DNA of 64,000 nucleotides, from positions 42,656 through 106,655 of the forward strand of contig JAOZGP010000023.1 in the NCBI GenBank assembly GCA_027491735.1, in the 5' to 3' direction. Positions 30,205 through 41,282 of the stretch are shown piece after piece. Position numbers and translations under genes: made by a program. Each line of letters opens with the position of its first letter. The first letter of the stretch is position 1. Under the pieces are notes generated by a model that was given only the letters and a program-made list of their open reading frames with translations, searched no databases and was not told where the DNA came from. This DNA comes from Thermoproteota archaeon (GTDB lineage Archaea; Korarchaeota; Korarchaeia; Korarchaeales; Korarchaeaceae).

Positions 30205-30936
30205 GTGAGCATCATGACCGAGAACATAGTGGAGACGAAGAACCTCCTCTCTGGATATGGGAAGCTGAAAGTCCTGTTCGACGTAAACTTCAAGGCTAGA
30301 AAGAATGACATAACAGTTGTGGTCGGACCGAACGGCGCTGGAAAAACCACCCTTCTCAACTCGATAATAGGCCTCGCCACGATACATGATGGAAGCGTTA
30401 TATTCGATGGTCAGGATGTAACTAAGGTTCCTCCACACAAGAAGGCCAAACTGGGCATAGCCTATCTCATGCAGATGGGTAACGTGGCTTCCACGCTAAC
30501 CGTGGAGGAGAACCTCAGGGTTGCTGGATACCTGATGCCCAGGAGCGAGGTTAACGACAGAATTCAGGAGATCCTGGAGATGTTTCCCAGGCTTAAGGAG
30601 TTCGTTCACAGGAAGGCTGGGACTCTAAGCGGTGGAGAGAGAAGGATGCTTGCCATAGGCATGGCCATGATGAGAAAGCCAAAAGTTTTGATGTTGGATG
30701 AGATGTCCACAGACCTGGCACCCAAAATAGTCAAACAGGTCATGAACAAGATCGTTGAGCTGAGAGATCAGTACGATCTTTCAGTGATCCTGGTCGAGCA
30801 GAACGCCAAGAAGGCTCTGGAGATAGGAGACTACGCTTACCTGTTGGTGAGCGGAACCGTAAGATATGAGGGAAATCCACAGGAACTCCTGACTCATCCG
30901 AAGTTCGCCAAGCTTTACCTGGGCATATCCGAATAG
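30205..30936 (+). CDS. livF: Branched-chain amino-acid ABC ATPase (LivF-like)
   Basis: GPNGAGKTT, AGTLSGGE, VEQN. Confidence 0.92.
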   Translation: MSIMTENIVETKNLLSGYGKLKVLFDVNFKARKNDITVVVGPNGAGKTTLLNSIIGLATIHDGSVIFDGQDVTKVPPHKKAKLGIAYLMQMGNVASTLTVEENLRVAGYLMPRSEVNDRIQEILEMFPRLKEFVHRKAGTLSGGERRMLAIGMAMMRKPKVLMLDEMSTDLAPKIVKQVMNKIVELRDQYDLSVILVEQNAKKALEIGDYAYLLVSGTVRYEGNPQELLTHPKFAKLYLGISE

Positions 30937-31209
30937 GTCTCCGGAACACTCTATCTTTTTCGATGGTACCCTCACCGGCACCCTTCGGAGGGTTGCTGTC
31001 TTAGAAGTTAATAGTTAGTCGAGCGGAATCGATCTAGCGACTGGAAATCGATATCAGGAACACTTTAATTCTTTTGTAGAAGGGAGGAGTTCTTTGGGGA
31101 GGATCCACGTCTGAAGAACTCATCAATCTAGGTTTTCCGGAGATCTCACATCATCTAGACCTGAGATGATCGTATGACAGGAAAAACAACCTCCCTCCTC
31201 TTCGATTGA

Positions 31210-32046
31210 TCATGAGGTGGCCTGTGAGGACATGTTCGCCGCTCCTATAGCTGCTGCATAGGCTGAGTTCTTTGGGACGATGCCCTTTCCCCCTAGCATC
31301 TGGAGAGCTCTGAGAATTTCATCACCCAAGGCCTCCGGTAGAGATCCCACGAACACGACCTTCTTCTCCAAGTTCATCATCTTAGCAGCGAAATAGGAGA
31401 CTGTGGCCACGACCTCCCCTATCATCCTGACAAGCCCTGCTGCCACATCCTCCGGCCTGACACCGTCCACTATTCTCCCGAAATTCGAGGCTGTGGCTGT
31501 CTCCGGTATCCTTCCAACAGGTCCTCCAACTATGTCCCTAACAGTGAGGTTCACCGCTGAGGGATCTCCTCCAGAAGCGAGTTTCAGTATTCCGCCCAAG
31601 GTGCTTCTGTTGAGAAGGAGCCTTCCTAGACCGACTAAGGTCCCCCCACCCACACCTGTCCCTCCGAGATGTCTGGAGATTGCTCCCTTCTTTCCCTTTA
31701 AGGCGTGAACGATGGCTGTTCCGGTGCCTACACTTGACACGATCGCTTCATCGTATCCCGAGAGGAGCAGACCTCCGTACCCCACAGCCTCGAGTTCGTC
31801 GACCCTCACGGATCTGACCCCCAAGAAAGATGGAGTCAGACATTTAGCCCCTCCTCCGGTACAGGCTATGATCCTGACCTTCTTCAGCTCGATCCTCGAT
31901 TCCTCGACAAGTTTTCCAACAGCTCCAGCAGCTGACACAAGAGGCTCGGATCCAGAAACCCTCACCAGATGCATAATCTCTCCATCTCTCACGAGCACAG
32001 CTTTTGTAGTCGATCCACCCACATCGAGACCTATGAGGAAGCTCAT
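31210..32046 (-). CDS. Type II (fumble-like) pantothenate kinase
   Basis: GLDVGGSTTK, TGGGA, DELEA..G, VGTGT, GGTGVGGGTL.GL, TASNFG. Confidence 0.75.
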   Translation of the reverse strand: MSFLIGLDVGGSTTKAVLVRDGEIMHLVRVSGSEPLVSAAGAVGKLVEESRIELKKVRIIACTGGGAKCLTPSFLGVRSVRVDELEAVGYGGLLLSGYDEAIVSSVGTGTAIVHALKGKKGAISRHLGGTGVGGGTLVGLGRLLLNRSTLGGILKLASGGDPSAVNLTVRDIVGGPVGRIPETATASNFGRIVDGVRPEDVAAGLVRMIGEVVATVSYFAAKMMNLEKKVVFVGSLPEALGDEILRALQMLGGKGIVPKNSAYAAAIGAANMSSQATS

Positions 32047-32573
32047 AAAACACCGCTCCTCCTTATCGTCTTGACTACAGGTGGGACTATCAAGTAGAGG
32101 AAAGGTATCTCCGTGATGAATGTCCAGGCCGCCAAAAAGAGGCCCGCTTGGAGGGTCATCGGCGTGATCTTGCTGCTGAATGGCAGGGGAAAGAGCTGGC
32201 TCCAGAGCATCAACCCAATGCCTATTATAAGAGATCCCACACCCAATCCCAGAGGAAACGAGAGAAGCATCCTCCTGAGACTTCCTCCCTTAGAGATATG
32301 GCCTATTATGTAAAACCCAAGGAAGTTCGCTGGAACTCCCACTGTCAAGCTCAGCAGAGCGTTCCCATGAGTGGCCATATCGGAGATGAAAATCCCTATC
32401 GCTGCTGACATACCACCCACAGTTCCACCGAACAAGACAGCGAACACCCCGGGAACAGCGACTGCTGGCCAGAACCTGACACCATAGAAGGTTATGCCAA
32501 AGTAGGTTGCGTACCCCACTACAGCGTAGAGGGCAGCTCCCATCCCGGTGATCGCCAGATCTCTGGGGCTCAT
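32043..32573 (-). CDS. ECF-type vitamin transporter S component
   Basis: About 177 aa and hydrophobic. AALYA, VRFWPA..P..FG..VG..AAIG..ISD pattern. Translationally coupled to the kinase. Confidence 0.7.
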   Translation of the reverse strand: MSPRDLAITGMGAALYAVVGYATYFGITFYGVRFWPAVAVPGVFAVLFGGTVGGMSAAIGIFISDMATHGNALLSLTVGVPANFLGFYIIGHISKGGSLRRMLLSFPLGLGVGSLIIGIGLMLWSQLFPLPFSSKITPMTLQAGLFLAAWTFITEIPFLYLIVPPVVKTIRRSGVL

Positions 32574-32654
32574 CGACCCACCCAATCAAGGGAAAGGTTA
32601 AAAAGATTTCTTAAGAAGTCTATACAATATATATACAGGTAAAAAAGGTATAGG

Positions 32655-33578
32655 GTGTTGGCTCTGAGGTTGAGGAGGAGGCTCCAGAGAGTTGGCGGAG
32701 GGACGTTCGTCGTGTCCCTCCCGAAGAGATGGGTCGAGAGGATGAACCTGAACAGGGGGAGTGAGGTGATAGTAGAGGAGGGACCTGGAGGTTCTGTCAT
32801 TATATACACAGATGAACCGAGCCAGCTGAAGACCTCCGTAGTTTTCGAGAGTGAGAAGGAAGATGTCTCCCTGAACAGAATCCTCTCAAAGTATCTAGCG
32901 GGTTATGACGTCATAGAAATCGAGTTCTCAGAAGGGATGAACCTCGCCACCAGAAGGAAGATAATCTCCTTCATAAAGAACCTTTCAGGAATGGAGGTTG
33001 AGGAGGAGAGCGAGCTTGGCATGGTTCTGAGATGCATCTCGAGCCCAATGAACCCAAGAGGGCTCATAAAGAAGATGCACAGGATAGCGTTCACCATGCT
33101 CAAGGACGCCATACTCGTGGCTAGAACAGGCAACCGAGAGCTGGCTGAGATGGTGAGGGACAGAGACGATGAACTGGACAGATCTTACTTTACAGCAGTT
33201 AGAACAGCTAGAAAGGCCCTCATGGACTTCAGGCTTATGAGGAGATTTGGGATAAGCCCTGTGAAGCTAATGGACTTCAGAATGGCGGCAATGTTCGAGG
33301 AGTGGATAGGAGACCACGCGGTCGATCTAACTGAGACCAGGTTTGAAGGGGACATGGGAACCCTCCCGAAAGACCTGGAGGTCCTCCAGAATCTGGCGCT
33401 CAGATCCTTCATGACAGGGGAGGAGGTCCTGGTACACAAGGTCAAAAATCTGTCGGAGAGGATGGGAAGGTATCTTGGAGAGGGGGAGTTCTTCGAGCTC
33501 GTGGGGAGGGTTGTGAGGACCTACACGGATATAGCTGATCTCTCCTCCTCGCCTTGGGAGGATGAAGGAGGTCAATAG
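32655..33578 (+). CDS. AbrB/PhoU-family phosphate uptake regulator
   Basis: RRLQRVGGGTFVVSLPKRW, YLAGYD, RDDELDR, E.IGDHA. Confidence 0.88.
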   Translation: MLALRLRRRLQRVGGGTFVVSLPKRWVERMNLNRGSEVIVEEGPGGSVIIYTDEPSQLKTSVVFESEKEDVSLNRILSKYLAGYDVIEIEFSEGMNLATRRKIISFIKNLSGMEVEEESELGMVLRCISSPMNPRGLIKKMHRIAFTMLKDAILVARTGNRELAEMVRDRDDELDRSYFTAVRTARKALMDFRLMRRFGISPVKLMDFRMAAMFEEWIGDHAVDLTETRFEGDMGTLPKDLEVLQNLALRSFMTGEEVLVHKVKNLSERMGRYLGEGEFFELVGRVVRTYTDIADLSSSPWEDEGGQ

Positions 33579-34780
33579 GGATAGACTTTTCTTTCTATGA
33601 GCTCGTTTATGAACTCCCTCATTCTGTCCAGCTCACGGTTCACTATCTCAGTTATCTGCCCCTCAACATCGCCGAGGTTCATCCCTTTCTTCACTGAGAC
33701 CTCTACAGCAGCCAGGTCCGGTTTGTCCACTGGTTGACCTATCTTACTCAGAAGCCAGACGTAGACCTCGCTCAAACCCGGAACCTCGTTATATATCTTC
33801 TCAGCGATTTTATGGCTCAGCACGTTGTAGATTTTTCCGACATGACTGACGGGGTTCTTACCAGCAGCGGCCTCGGAACTTCTTGGTCTCATTAAGGGTA
33901 TTATTCCGTTGACTCCGTTTCCTCTCCCAACCTCTCCGGAATCAGCTCCATCAGCACTCGTTCCGAGAACCGTCAGATATACACCTTCCTCCCTCCTACC
34001 CCTGACGTCTAATGTGTTCATGAACACTTTTATCTTCTCAAACCCGCCTCTCTCCTTTAGAAAAGAGTTCAACTCATCTAGAACTTCTTGTTTTCTTCTG
34101 AAGTAATCCTCCTCGCTATCTATGTACCTGTCAACGAAGGCCTGGGCTATCGTCAGCGTGACCTCGTCCTTGAACCTATACCCCATGACCTTCACATCCT
34201 CTCCCGTCTCAGGGAACCTCTTCTTGAACTCAGAGGAGTTGAGAAACTTCTCCGTATCCAGCACAAGCCTCTCAGTTCTGGAGAGAGGAGCGTATCCAAC
34301 AGCAGCCGAGGTATCGTTTGCTCCTAGCAGCTCCCCTGACCTCCTAAATATATCTGTCAACTCGGCGCTCCCTGGCTTGAGTTCCACTCTATAGACGACA
34401 TGTTTCTCTGGATCCACATGTCTCAGGTTCTCTTTTATCCATCTTTTAGCAGCCCTGATAGCCACATCCTCCACTGAGATCTCCACATCCCCGTATTTCG
34501 TGGTGGCCCTGTCCCCGAACATGAGAAGAATGGGTTTCTTCACAACGCCCCCTCCGAACCTGGTCTCGACCTCCCCAGCGACCAGAAGGGATTTATCGGC
34601 GTTGTAATGCAGAATTCCTCCAAATTTCCTTATGTACTCTCTGTTCAGCTCAACGCTGACCTCCTCCATTATGGAGTCACAGATCGTGTCTGGATGTCCA
34701 ACGCCTTTCCTCTCGACGATCTCTATCGACTGATCATCCATAGGGATGCGAGGAACGCTAGCAACCTTTATACTCCTCAT
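33572..34780 (-). CDS. mat: Archaeal S-adenosylmethionine synthetase
   Basis: ERKGVGHPD, ANDTS, GEDVKVM, GRGN, AGKNPVSHVGKIYN. Confidence 0.96.
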   Translation of the reverse strand: MRSIKVASVPRIPMDDQSIEIVERKGVGHPDTICDSIMEEVSVELNREYIRKFGGILHYNADKSLLVAGEVETRFGGGVVKKPILLMFGDRATTKYGDVEISVEDVAIRAAKRWIKENLRHVDPEKHVVYRVELKPGSAELTDIFRRSGELLGANDTSAAVGYAPLSRTERLVLDTEKFLNSSEFKKRFPETGEDVKVMGYRFKDEVTLTIAQAFVDRYIDSEEDYFRRKQEVLDELNSFLKERGGFEKIKVFMNTLDVRGRREEGVYLTVLGTSADGADSGEVGRGNGVNGIIPLMRPRSSEAAAGKNPVSHVGKIYNVLSHKIAEKIYNEVPGLSEVYVWLLSKIGQPVDKPDLAAVEVSVKKGMNLGDVEGQITEIVNRELDRMREFINELIERKVYPY

Positions 34781-34966
34781 GAAATACACCCCCCAAAAGG
34801 ACCGGAGGTGTTGCAGGGATTAAACATAAAAAATTAACTTCCTCTCCGGATGAAACTTCTCCTTAACGAGGAGAGCGCTCCAATTTGCCCAAAGCCTGCC
34901 AGAACGAGTCGGAGATCTGTCATCCGAAGGTATAAATACTTGATGTGTGGATGTTTCCTTGGAAAC

Positions 34967-36688
34967 ATGGAGACTGCGACCAGCTTTGCCTCGCTGGTAG
35001 GGTTGGGGATCATAGCAGTTCTGGCGGGAATCTATGCCAGAAGGAGGGCTACTGTGGTGCTCCCAGCCATAATGCTTGGCTCGCTGATCTGTCGTTTTCT
35101 CGGTCTAACCCTCCCTGATGTGGTGTTCAAGACCTCCTTTCTGGCAGGAGCTCTCATAGTCTTCATAGCGGGACTGGAGCTTGACATCCACTTCATAGCC
35201 AGGTGTAAGGAGAAGATAGTACTGACCGCCGCGATAGAGATACCCCTCTACCTCCTGATATTCTACGTGGTTCTCCACATCCTTCCAATGCCTGTGGCAA
35301 TAGCTTTGATGGCGATCATGGTCGCGTCCAACGAGATGTTCGTACTGGAGGTCAGGAAGACGGGCGATGAAGAGCTAGCCATGTATGGGATAGTCATCTC
35401 AGTCATAGAAGATGCTTTTGCCGTTTTTCTCTATACTTTGGGAGCTTTTTCGAGCCCCAGTATTTTCTGGAGGTCGGCTGTCACTCTTCTTGATGAAAAG
35501 GGAGCTAGCTTGTTTATACTGAGCGTATCCGTCTTTATTCTGTCTTTATTCCTCGCAAAGCCTATGAGCAGATTCATGATAAAGCTTGGGAGGAAAGATA
35601 CTAAGGTCCTCCTCACCCTCCTCTATATGATCTTCCTGATAACTTTATCAGAAGCTATAAAGCTACCTGAGGCCCTTGTCGTTTTCTTGGGAGCTCTAGC
35701 TTTAACATTTAGCGGTTTGGATGAGGAGACCTTCGAGATCATGGAGAGCTACATGATCTTAGCGGTGATGTGTTTCGTGGCAGCCCTCCCCTACTACATT
35801 CCAGGCAAGATAGACCTCACGACCTTCGTGAATGCCATGATGTTCGGGGCTGCCCTGTCCGTTCTCGCCTTCGCTCTCAGGTTCACCATACTCTCAGTAT
35901 CCTCTTTTCTAAGCGGGCTTCCTCCGAGAAAGTGTTGGTATCTCGCGTTCACATTGGCAAACATAGGAGAGTTTGGGCTGATAGTCCTGTCCGGGCTCCT
36001 GGTGAACAGGATGCTCCCCCAATACGTGGCCTTAGCTGCCATGTTTGCCTATGGGTTTAACCTCTCGATGATGTGTGTCATAGCGCCCAACTCCTTTCGC
36101 ATTCTGTCCTGGCTCGAGAACAGAGTTCCCTCCTGCCTCCCCAGGATTATTTCAAAGGCTCATGAGAGGGTGGTGGTTTTCTTGGGAAGAACGATAGAAG
36201 ATCCCACGTTTAAGGAACATGTTAGCGAGCTCATTCTCTCAGTGAGCTTAATCTATGTGTTCAGCGCCCTTATACAGGTGATAAACGTTCCGGTCGTGAG
36301 CTACGTGCTCACGATCCTGGTGATGAGTATGTTCATAATATCTACTTACATAGTCTTTCAGTACATAAGCCAACACTTCGAGATGTTGAAGATGAGACCG
36401 GAAGCCCTTCCAAGTCTCTTCGTGAAGTTTGCCCTGTTCTACGCCGTAATGTATCCCGTCCTAGGATCTTTCAAGCACATAGTAGTTGAGAGGAGCGTCG
36501 ACTTCACAAGCCCAATAGTGATGTTCTCGGCCTTTGTCCTATCCTTCATCATGTTTAAGGGCGTTAAGAGAGTCGGTCTATTCCTCGGCCACCATGGAGA
36601 AAGAGAGAGATCTTCCGATCAGAGTAAGGTAGATCGCTTGAGCACTCTGAGAGACTATGAGGGAGATGGCGAGCCCAATCCCTCCTAA
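34967..36688 (+). CDS. Cation:proton antiporter (CPA2-like) membrane protein with C-terminal extension
   Basis: Multi-TM. FIAGLELD, VIED and GEFGLIV motifs. Confidence 0.65.
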   Translation: METATSFASLVGLGIIAVLAGIYARRRATVVLPAIMLGSLICRFLGLTLPDVVFKTSFLAGALIVFIAGLELDIHFIARCKEKIVLTAAIEIPLYLLIFYVVLHILPMPVAIALMAIMVASNEMFVLEVRKTGDEELAMYGIVISVIEDAFAVFLYTLGAFSSPSIFWRSAVTLLDEKGASLFILSVSVFILSLFLAKPMSRFMIKLGRKDTKVLLTLLYMIFLITLSEAIKLPEALVVFLGALALTFSGLDEETFEIMESYMILAVMCFVAALPYYIPGKIDLTTFVNAMMFGAALSVLAFALRFTILSVSSFLSGLPPRKCWYLAFTLANIGEFGLIVLSGLLVNRMLPQYVALAAMFAYGFNLSMMCVIAPNSFRILSWLENRVPSCLPRIISKAHERVVVFLGRTIEDPTFKEHVSELILSVSLIYVFSALIQVINVPVVSYVLTILVMSMFIISTYIVFQYISQHFEMLKMRPEALPSLFVKFALFYAVMYPVLGSFKHIVVERSVDFTSPIVMFSAFVLSFIMFKGVKRVGLFLGHHGERERSSDQSKVDRLSTLRDYEGDGEPNPS

Positions 36689-37744
36689 GAACTTTCCGAG
36701 AGTTAGTACGGATGGGATCATGACCAGCACATAGACGAGACTCCCTAGGAAAACATTTTTGCTCCTCTCCCTGGCAAAGAACTCCGCGTTCTTTATGTTA
36801 ACGACGGCTGCGGGGATGGAGGCCAGGATCATGATCCTTATGACGTCTAACCCTTCAATAAATTTGTGGAAGAATCCGAAAACTATCCAAGGAGAAAAAA
36901 GCGCGAGAGCCAGCGAGGAGGATATTGTTAAGATCAGACCTATTACCTTGATGGATCTTCTACTCCTCCCCGAAGACTCCTCCGGCAGAAGGTAGGCGAA
37001 AAGCGCTGCCGGAATTGTGTACAGAAAAGCGAAGAACTGGTACCCGAGCTGATATATTCCCAGCAGGAAGAACCCAAAGAGGCTTCCTATCATTATCTTG
37101 TCGAGGAAGTTGGCTAGACTCCCCATCACGGTGAGTCCGTAACTGTGCAACACAAAGGAGAACTTCCTTCTTATGGATTTGATCCTCAGGACGGCCCTTC
37201 TCAGCGAGATGAGGTAGCGGTAGCTGAAGATCAGAAGGGAGATCGTGTAGCCGACAAGTACACCCACTATACCGAGCTTGAAGTAGAGGAGGACCGAGAG
37301 GGCTATCTGAGATATCCTGAAACCCGTGTTCACCAAAGCATACTCCTTGTATCTTCTCCTCCCGAGCAGCTCCCTAATTGACATGTAGAAGAACGCTGTG
37401 GCCAACACGAGGAGGCTCGACTGCCAAACGATTGACGCCATGATTAGAGATGCCACGATCGCTGCGAAGAGGACGAGAGAACAGGCCTCCCTTAAGAGCT
37501 CCTCCTCGCCCTTGGCCAGAAAAGTGGTTATGGCGTTGCCCATCCCGAGCATAGCTAAGGAGGCGGGTATCTGAGCGACTGCTATGTAGTAGTTGATCTC
37601 CCCATACTCGCTCACAGATAGGATGGAGGCCAGGATGAGCCAGAATATTGCTCCTAAAATCGAATAGCTGAGTTTACCCATTCCTGTGAAGAAGAAGCCT
37701 CTTTCAGTCTTCAAAAAATGAAAAGTCCTGTCGATGAGGTTCAT
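36578..37744 (-). CDS. Polysaccharide/oligosaccharide flippase-family protein
   Basis: About 12 TM. EYGEINY, LDKIMIG, GIY motifs. Confidence 0.75.
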   Translation of the reverse strand: MNLIDRTFHFLKTERGFFFTGMGKLSYSILGAIFWLILASILSVSEYGEINYYIAVAQIPASLAMLGMGNAITTFLAKGEEELLREACSLVLFAAIVASLIMASIVWQSSLLVLATAFFYMSIRELLGRRRYKEYALVNTGFRISQIALSVLLYFKLGIVGVLVGYTISLLIFSYRYLISLRRAVLRIKSIRRKFSFVLHSYGLTVMGSLANFLDKIMIGSLFGFFLLGIYQLGYQFFAFLYTIPAALFAYLLPEESSGRSRRSIKVIGLILTISSSLALALFSPWIVFGFFHKFIEGLDVIRIMILASIPAAVVNIKNAEFFARERSKNVFLGSLVYVLVMIPSVLTLGKFLGGIGLAISLIVSQSAQAIYLTLIGRSLSFSMVAEE

Positions 37745-38118
37745 CCGACCTTCTGAGGGCGTACATGTTAAAAACTGTCACTTAAAAATTCCTCTGGAGA
37801 TCCCAGCTCTAGAGGGGAGTTTTCTCAGCAACGCATATAGTAAACTTCCTGTTGTACAACTCGACCGCCCCGAGAGCTGCCCTTCACTCGATCTGAAAAC
37901 CACGAGATGTTCACGTCAGATGGAAACAACAGTGCAAACACCTGCGACTCCCGTTATCTCCTCGAGCCATCCCTTAAGGATTTGACCAGATCTCATCGGG
38001 TCGAGATATTCTAAGGAGCATCGTGAAGTCTGAGCCCACTAGCTCCTCTAGCGATCTCCAGTCCTCACCTTAACACTGAAGGATAACGAGAGTTCAGAAG
38101 GAAAGAGGAGGGAGGAGC

Positions 38119-39420
38119 TCACAGCCCCAGGACCTGTTTGTAGCCCTCCAAATCTAAGAGTCCGTGTCCCGAGTAGTTGAAGACCACGACTTTCTCCTCT
38201 CCCATTTCCTTGGCCTTGAGCGCCTCCCTTATGGCCACTGCCACGGCATGGGACGTCTCAGGAGCAGGTATCACTCCTTCCGTCCTCGCGAAGAGTTGAG
38301 CTCCTCTGAACGCCTCCTCCTGATCTACAGCCATCGGCTTCACAATTCCCTCCTTCACGAGAAGCGATAGAGTGGGAGCGCATCCATGGTATCTGAGGCC
38401 TCCGGCGTGTATCGGAGGTGGTATGAATCCATATCCCAGCGTGTACATCTTGATGAGAGGCGTCGTCTGGGCAGCATCACCGAAATCGTATCTGTACTCT
38501 CCCTCCGTCATTGAGGGACAAGCCTTAGGCTCCACAGCTATTATCTCCGGCTTCTCTTCGAGCTTTCCCCTTAAGTACTTACCTATTGTAGGGTAGGAGA
38601 ATCCGGCGAAATTGCTTCCTCCCCCAACACATCCTATCAGGACATCTGGTTCCTCGTCTATCTTCTTCAGCTGAAGATCGACCTCCTGCCCTACTATAGT
38701 CTGATGCAGAAGGACGTGATTTAGAACACTCCCCAAGGAGTACTTTGTTTTATCGTCATGTAGAGCTGCCTCCAGAGCTTCGCTTATGGCTATGCCCAGC
38801 GACCCTGTGTTGTTCGGATCCTCCGCCAGTAGCTTCCTTCCAAAGCTGGTTATCTCGCTGGGGGATGGGTGGACCTCAGCTCCGTAAAGCTTCATGACAT
38901 GCTTCCTGTAGGGCTTCTGCATGTAGGATATCCTGACCATGAATATCAAGGCCTTGAGCCCTACCAGGGCCGTGGAGCAGGCGAGAGCGGAGCCCCACTG
39001 TCCAGCACCTGTCTCGGTCGTGAGCCTCTCCACACCCTCCTTCACGGCATAGTATGCTTGAGCTATGGCTGTGTTGAGCTTGTGGCTCCCGGTGGGGGAG
39101 AGATCCTCCCTCTTGTAGTATATCTTGGCTGGAGTCCTGAGATAACGTTCCAGCTTGATGGCTCTTTGGAGAGGAGAGGGCCTCCCCATCATGATATAGT
39201 ATTCCCTGAGCTCATTCGGTATATCTATGAACCTCTCCATGGAGGCTTCCTGCCTCACGCATTCCTTGATAAACACTGCTTCTAGATCCTCCGGCTTAAC
39301 CGGTTCTCCTGTTTTGGGATTTAGATACGGTGGAAACTCCTCCCTGAGATCAGGTAGGATGTTGTACCACTTCTCAGGAAGCTCGCCCGTATCCAAGCAT
39401 ATTCTGATAGCTTCATCCAT
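38119..39420 (-). CDS. trpB2: Tryptophan synthase beta chain 2 (TrpB2)
   Basis: [41 protein letters not shown]. Confidence 0.95.
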   Translation of the reverse strand: MDEAIRICLDTGELPEKWYNILPDLREEFPPYLNPKTGEPVKPEDLEAVFIKECVRQEASMERFIDIPNELREYYIMMGRPSPLQRAIKLERYLRTPAKIYYKREDLSPTGSHKLNTAIAQAYYAVKEGVERLTTETGAGQWGSALACSTALVGLKALIFMVRISYMQKPYRKHVMKLYGAEVHPSPSEITSFGRKLLAEDPNNTGSLGIAISEALEAALHDDKTKYSLGSVLNHVLLHQTIVGQEVDLQLKKIDEEPDVLIGCVGGGSNFAGFSYPTIGKYLRGKLEEKPEIIAVEPKACPSMTEGEYRYDFGDAAQTTPLIKMYTLGYGFIPPPIHAGGLRYHGCAPTLSLLVKEGIVKPMAVDQEEAFRGAQLFARTEGVIPAPETSHAVAVAIREALKAKEMGEEKVVVFNYSGHGLLDLEGYKQVLGL

Positions 39421-40046
39421 GTGATCACCCCCTCAACACCGACGCCGGCGATTCCAGGTCAATGAAGGAGCGCTTGGTTGTCCTTGGGAAGAGCCTCTGC
39501 TGTCGATCTCCGCCTCAATACTTGCCCTAATCTCATCTCCTCTAGGAGAGACCTCTGCATCCCCACTTCCGTAGTTCACCAGCGAGGCGGATGTTCTCCT
39601 GGAACCTAGTGATCTCATGGTCTTGATCCTATGGTGCTTATTCAGAAAGACCATGATCTTCAGATCAACACCTACAGTTCTTCTGATGATTGCGTGACTT
39701 CCTGAATTGGTTCTTATTCCATAAACCTTCCCATGGATGATGCTCCTGCGCCTTTCGAGGAGCTGTCCGGAAACTTGGCAGATCAAGTTGTTGAGACCTG
39801 GAGATCTCCTCATGCAGAAGACAGGATTATGGAGGCCAAAGATGGTCACCCATGTTCTCACCTGGCTGTCCAAACCTCAGGAAGAGCAGCTTTTAATCTT
39901 TGTGGACAGGTGCTCACGTCTAGTTGAGAGGCCTGGCTGACGGTGGAGACAACACCTTTAGGCAGAAGCCTTCTTCTGATCTGAAAGATGTCGAGGAGGC
40001 TTCGGATGATGGAAAATTTATTAAAAGCACCCCTTAAGAACTAACT

Positions 40047-41282
40047 GTGCTCCTAAACCCAGAAACTCTCACATTAATTGTCGTCGCACTCGTCTATGCA
40101 GCCATAATAGCCATACCCAGGATGCGATCTGTCATCTCGATTGTAGGGGTTTTTCTGATGGCATATGTTGTTAAAGTCGTTCATCTCAATGATCTAACTT
40201 CAGAGGTCCTGATAAAGCCTCTGATAATCCTGTTTGGTCTGATGGCCTTGGGAGGACTCCTCCGGGAGAGCGGCTTCTTCACCTACCTCGTCCGTTTGGC
40301 AGTAAAGCTGTCGAGTGGAAGAGGGAATGTCTTCTTCCTCACGGTCTGTGCTTTCACATGCCTCTTATCCGCCCTGATAGGGAATACCCTCGCGGCTTAC
40401 TTCATGGTTCTGGCCACCGTATCCTCCCTCAAGGAACTGAACGTCGACCCTAAGCCATACGTGATCTCCGAAATAATCCTGGCCAACATAGCTGGGACTG
40501 CCACACTGATAGGTGAGCCGTCCAACATAGTAATAGGAAGCTGGCTCCTTCTCTCCTTCAACCTGTTCGTCGCCAGGCTGGGATGGATAGTGACCATATG
40601 TGCTGTGACATCCGTATTGCTGCTCTTATACCTCTTCAGGGAGAGGTTGAGCGACATCCCGAGCAAGGTCGACCTGAACATGAATGGAGAGCACAGAATT
40701 CTCATGATAGGAGGAATAGCCTCCATGATTGCCTCGATTGTGCTTTTATTTTTAGGAATTGAACCCGTGGCTGCTTTAAGCGTCCTCGCGATGGCCATAC
40801 TCTTCTTTGGAGGTAGGAGAACTGAGAGGATAATGGCCAACATGGAGTGGAGCACCTTCATCTACGTTGGAAGCGTAGTGCTCATGGCTAGAGGGCTTCA
40901 GAACGCCGGAGCAACAGTCGAGCTTGCTAGGCTCATCTCATCTTGGAGAGTAGATCTTTTCCTCTCATCTCTCCTCTTTTCATTTCTGCTCTCCACGTTT
41001 CTGGATGACCTGCAGACCTCAGCTCTCATGGTGCCCACAATGGCCAACCTGATATCAGTTGGAGACTTCCCTCCCTGGTGGGCCCTGATAATGGGACTTG
41101 GATTCGGATCAGCTGCGAGTTCCATAGGCTCCTACACAACCATAATATCCCTCCAAGCAGCTCGAAGGGAAGGATGTGAGATCGGCGGTCTCGAGTACCT
41201 CAAGAAAGGACTGCTCATATCGACAGTATCTCTAACGCTGACCGTGATCTTGTTTCTCATCGGAGAGAGAGTGGTTCCATGA
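40047..41282 (+). CDS. ArsB/NhaD (IT-superfamily) anion transporter
   Basis: ANIAGTATLIGEPSN, multi-TM. Confidence 0.8.
   Translation: MLLNPETLTLIVVALVYAAIIAIPRMRSVISIVGVFLMAYVVKVVHLNDLTSEVLIKPLIILFGLMALGGLLRESGFFTYLVRLAVKLSSGRGNVFFLTVCAFTCLLSALIGNTLAAYFMVLATVSSLKELNVDPKPYVISEIILANIAGTATLIGEPSNIVIGSWLLLSFNLFVARLGWIVTICAVTSVLLLLYLFRERLSDIPSKVDLNMNGEHRILMIGGIASMIASIVLLFLGIEPVAALSVLAMAILFFGGRRTERIMANMEWSTFIYVGSVVLMARGLQNAGATVELARLISSWRVDLFLSSLLFSFLLSTFLDDLQTSALMVPTMANLISVGDFPPWWALIMGLGFGSAASSIGSYTTIISLQAARREGCEIGGLEYLKKGLLISTVSLTLTVILFLIGERVVP

Noticed and set aside
36578-36688. 111-bp convergent overlap of the antiporter and flippase genes
   Set aside because: The overlapping tail is non-conserved-looking and consistent with simple stop-codon drift.
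39433-39940. Short ORFs in relic-like spacers (also 6173-6415, 7940-8500, 15230-15450, 19550-20040, 53040-53410)
   Set aside because: They look like gene debris, but no family could be recognised from the sequence alone.
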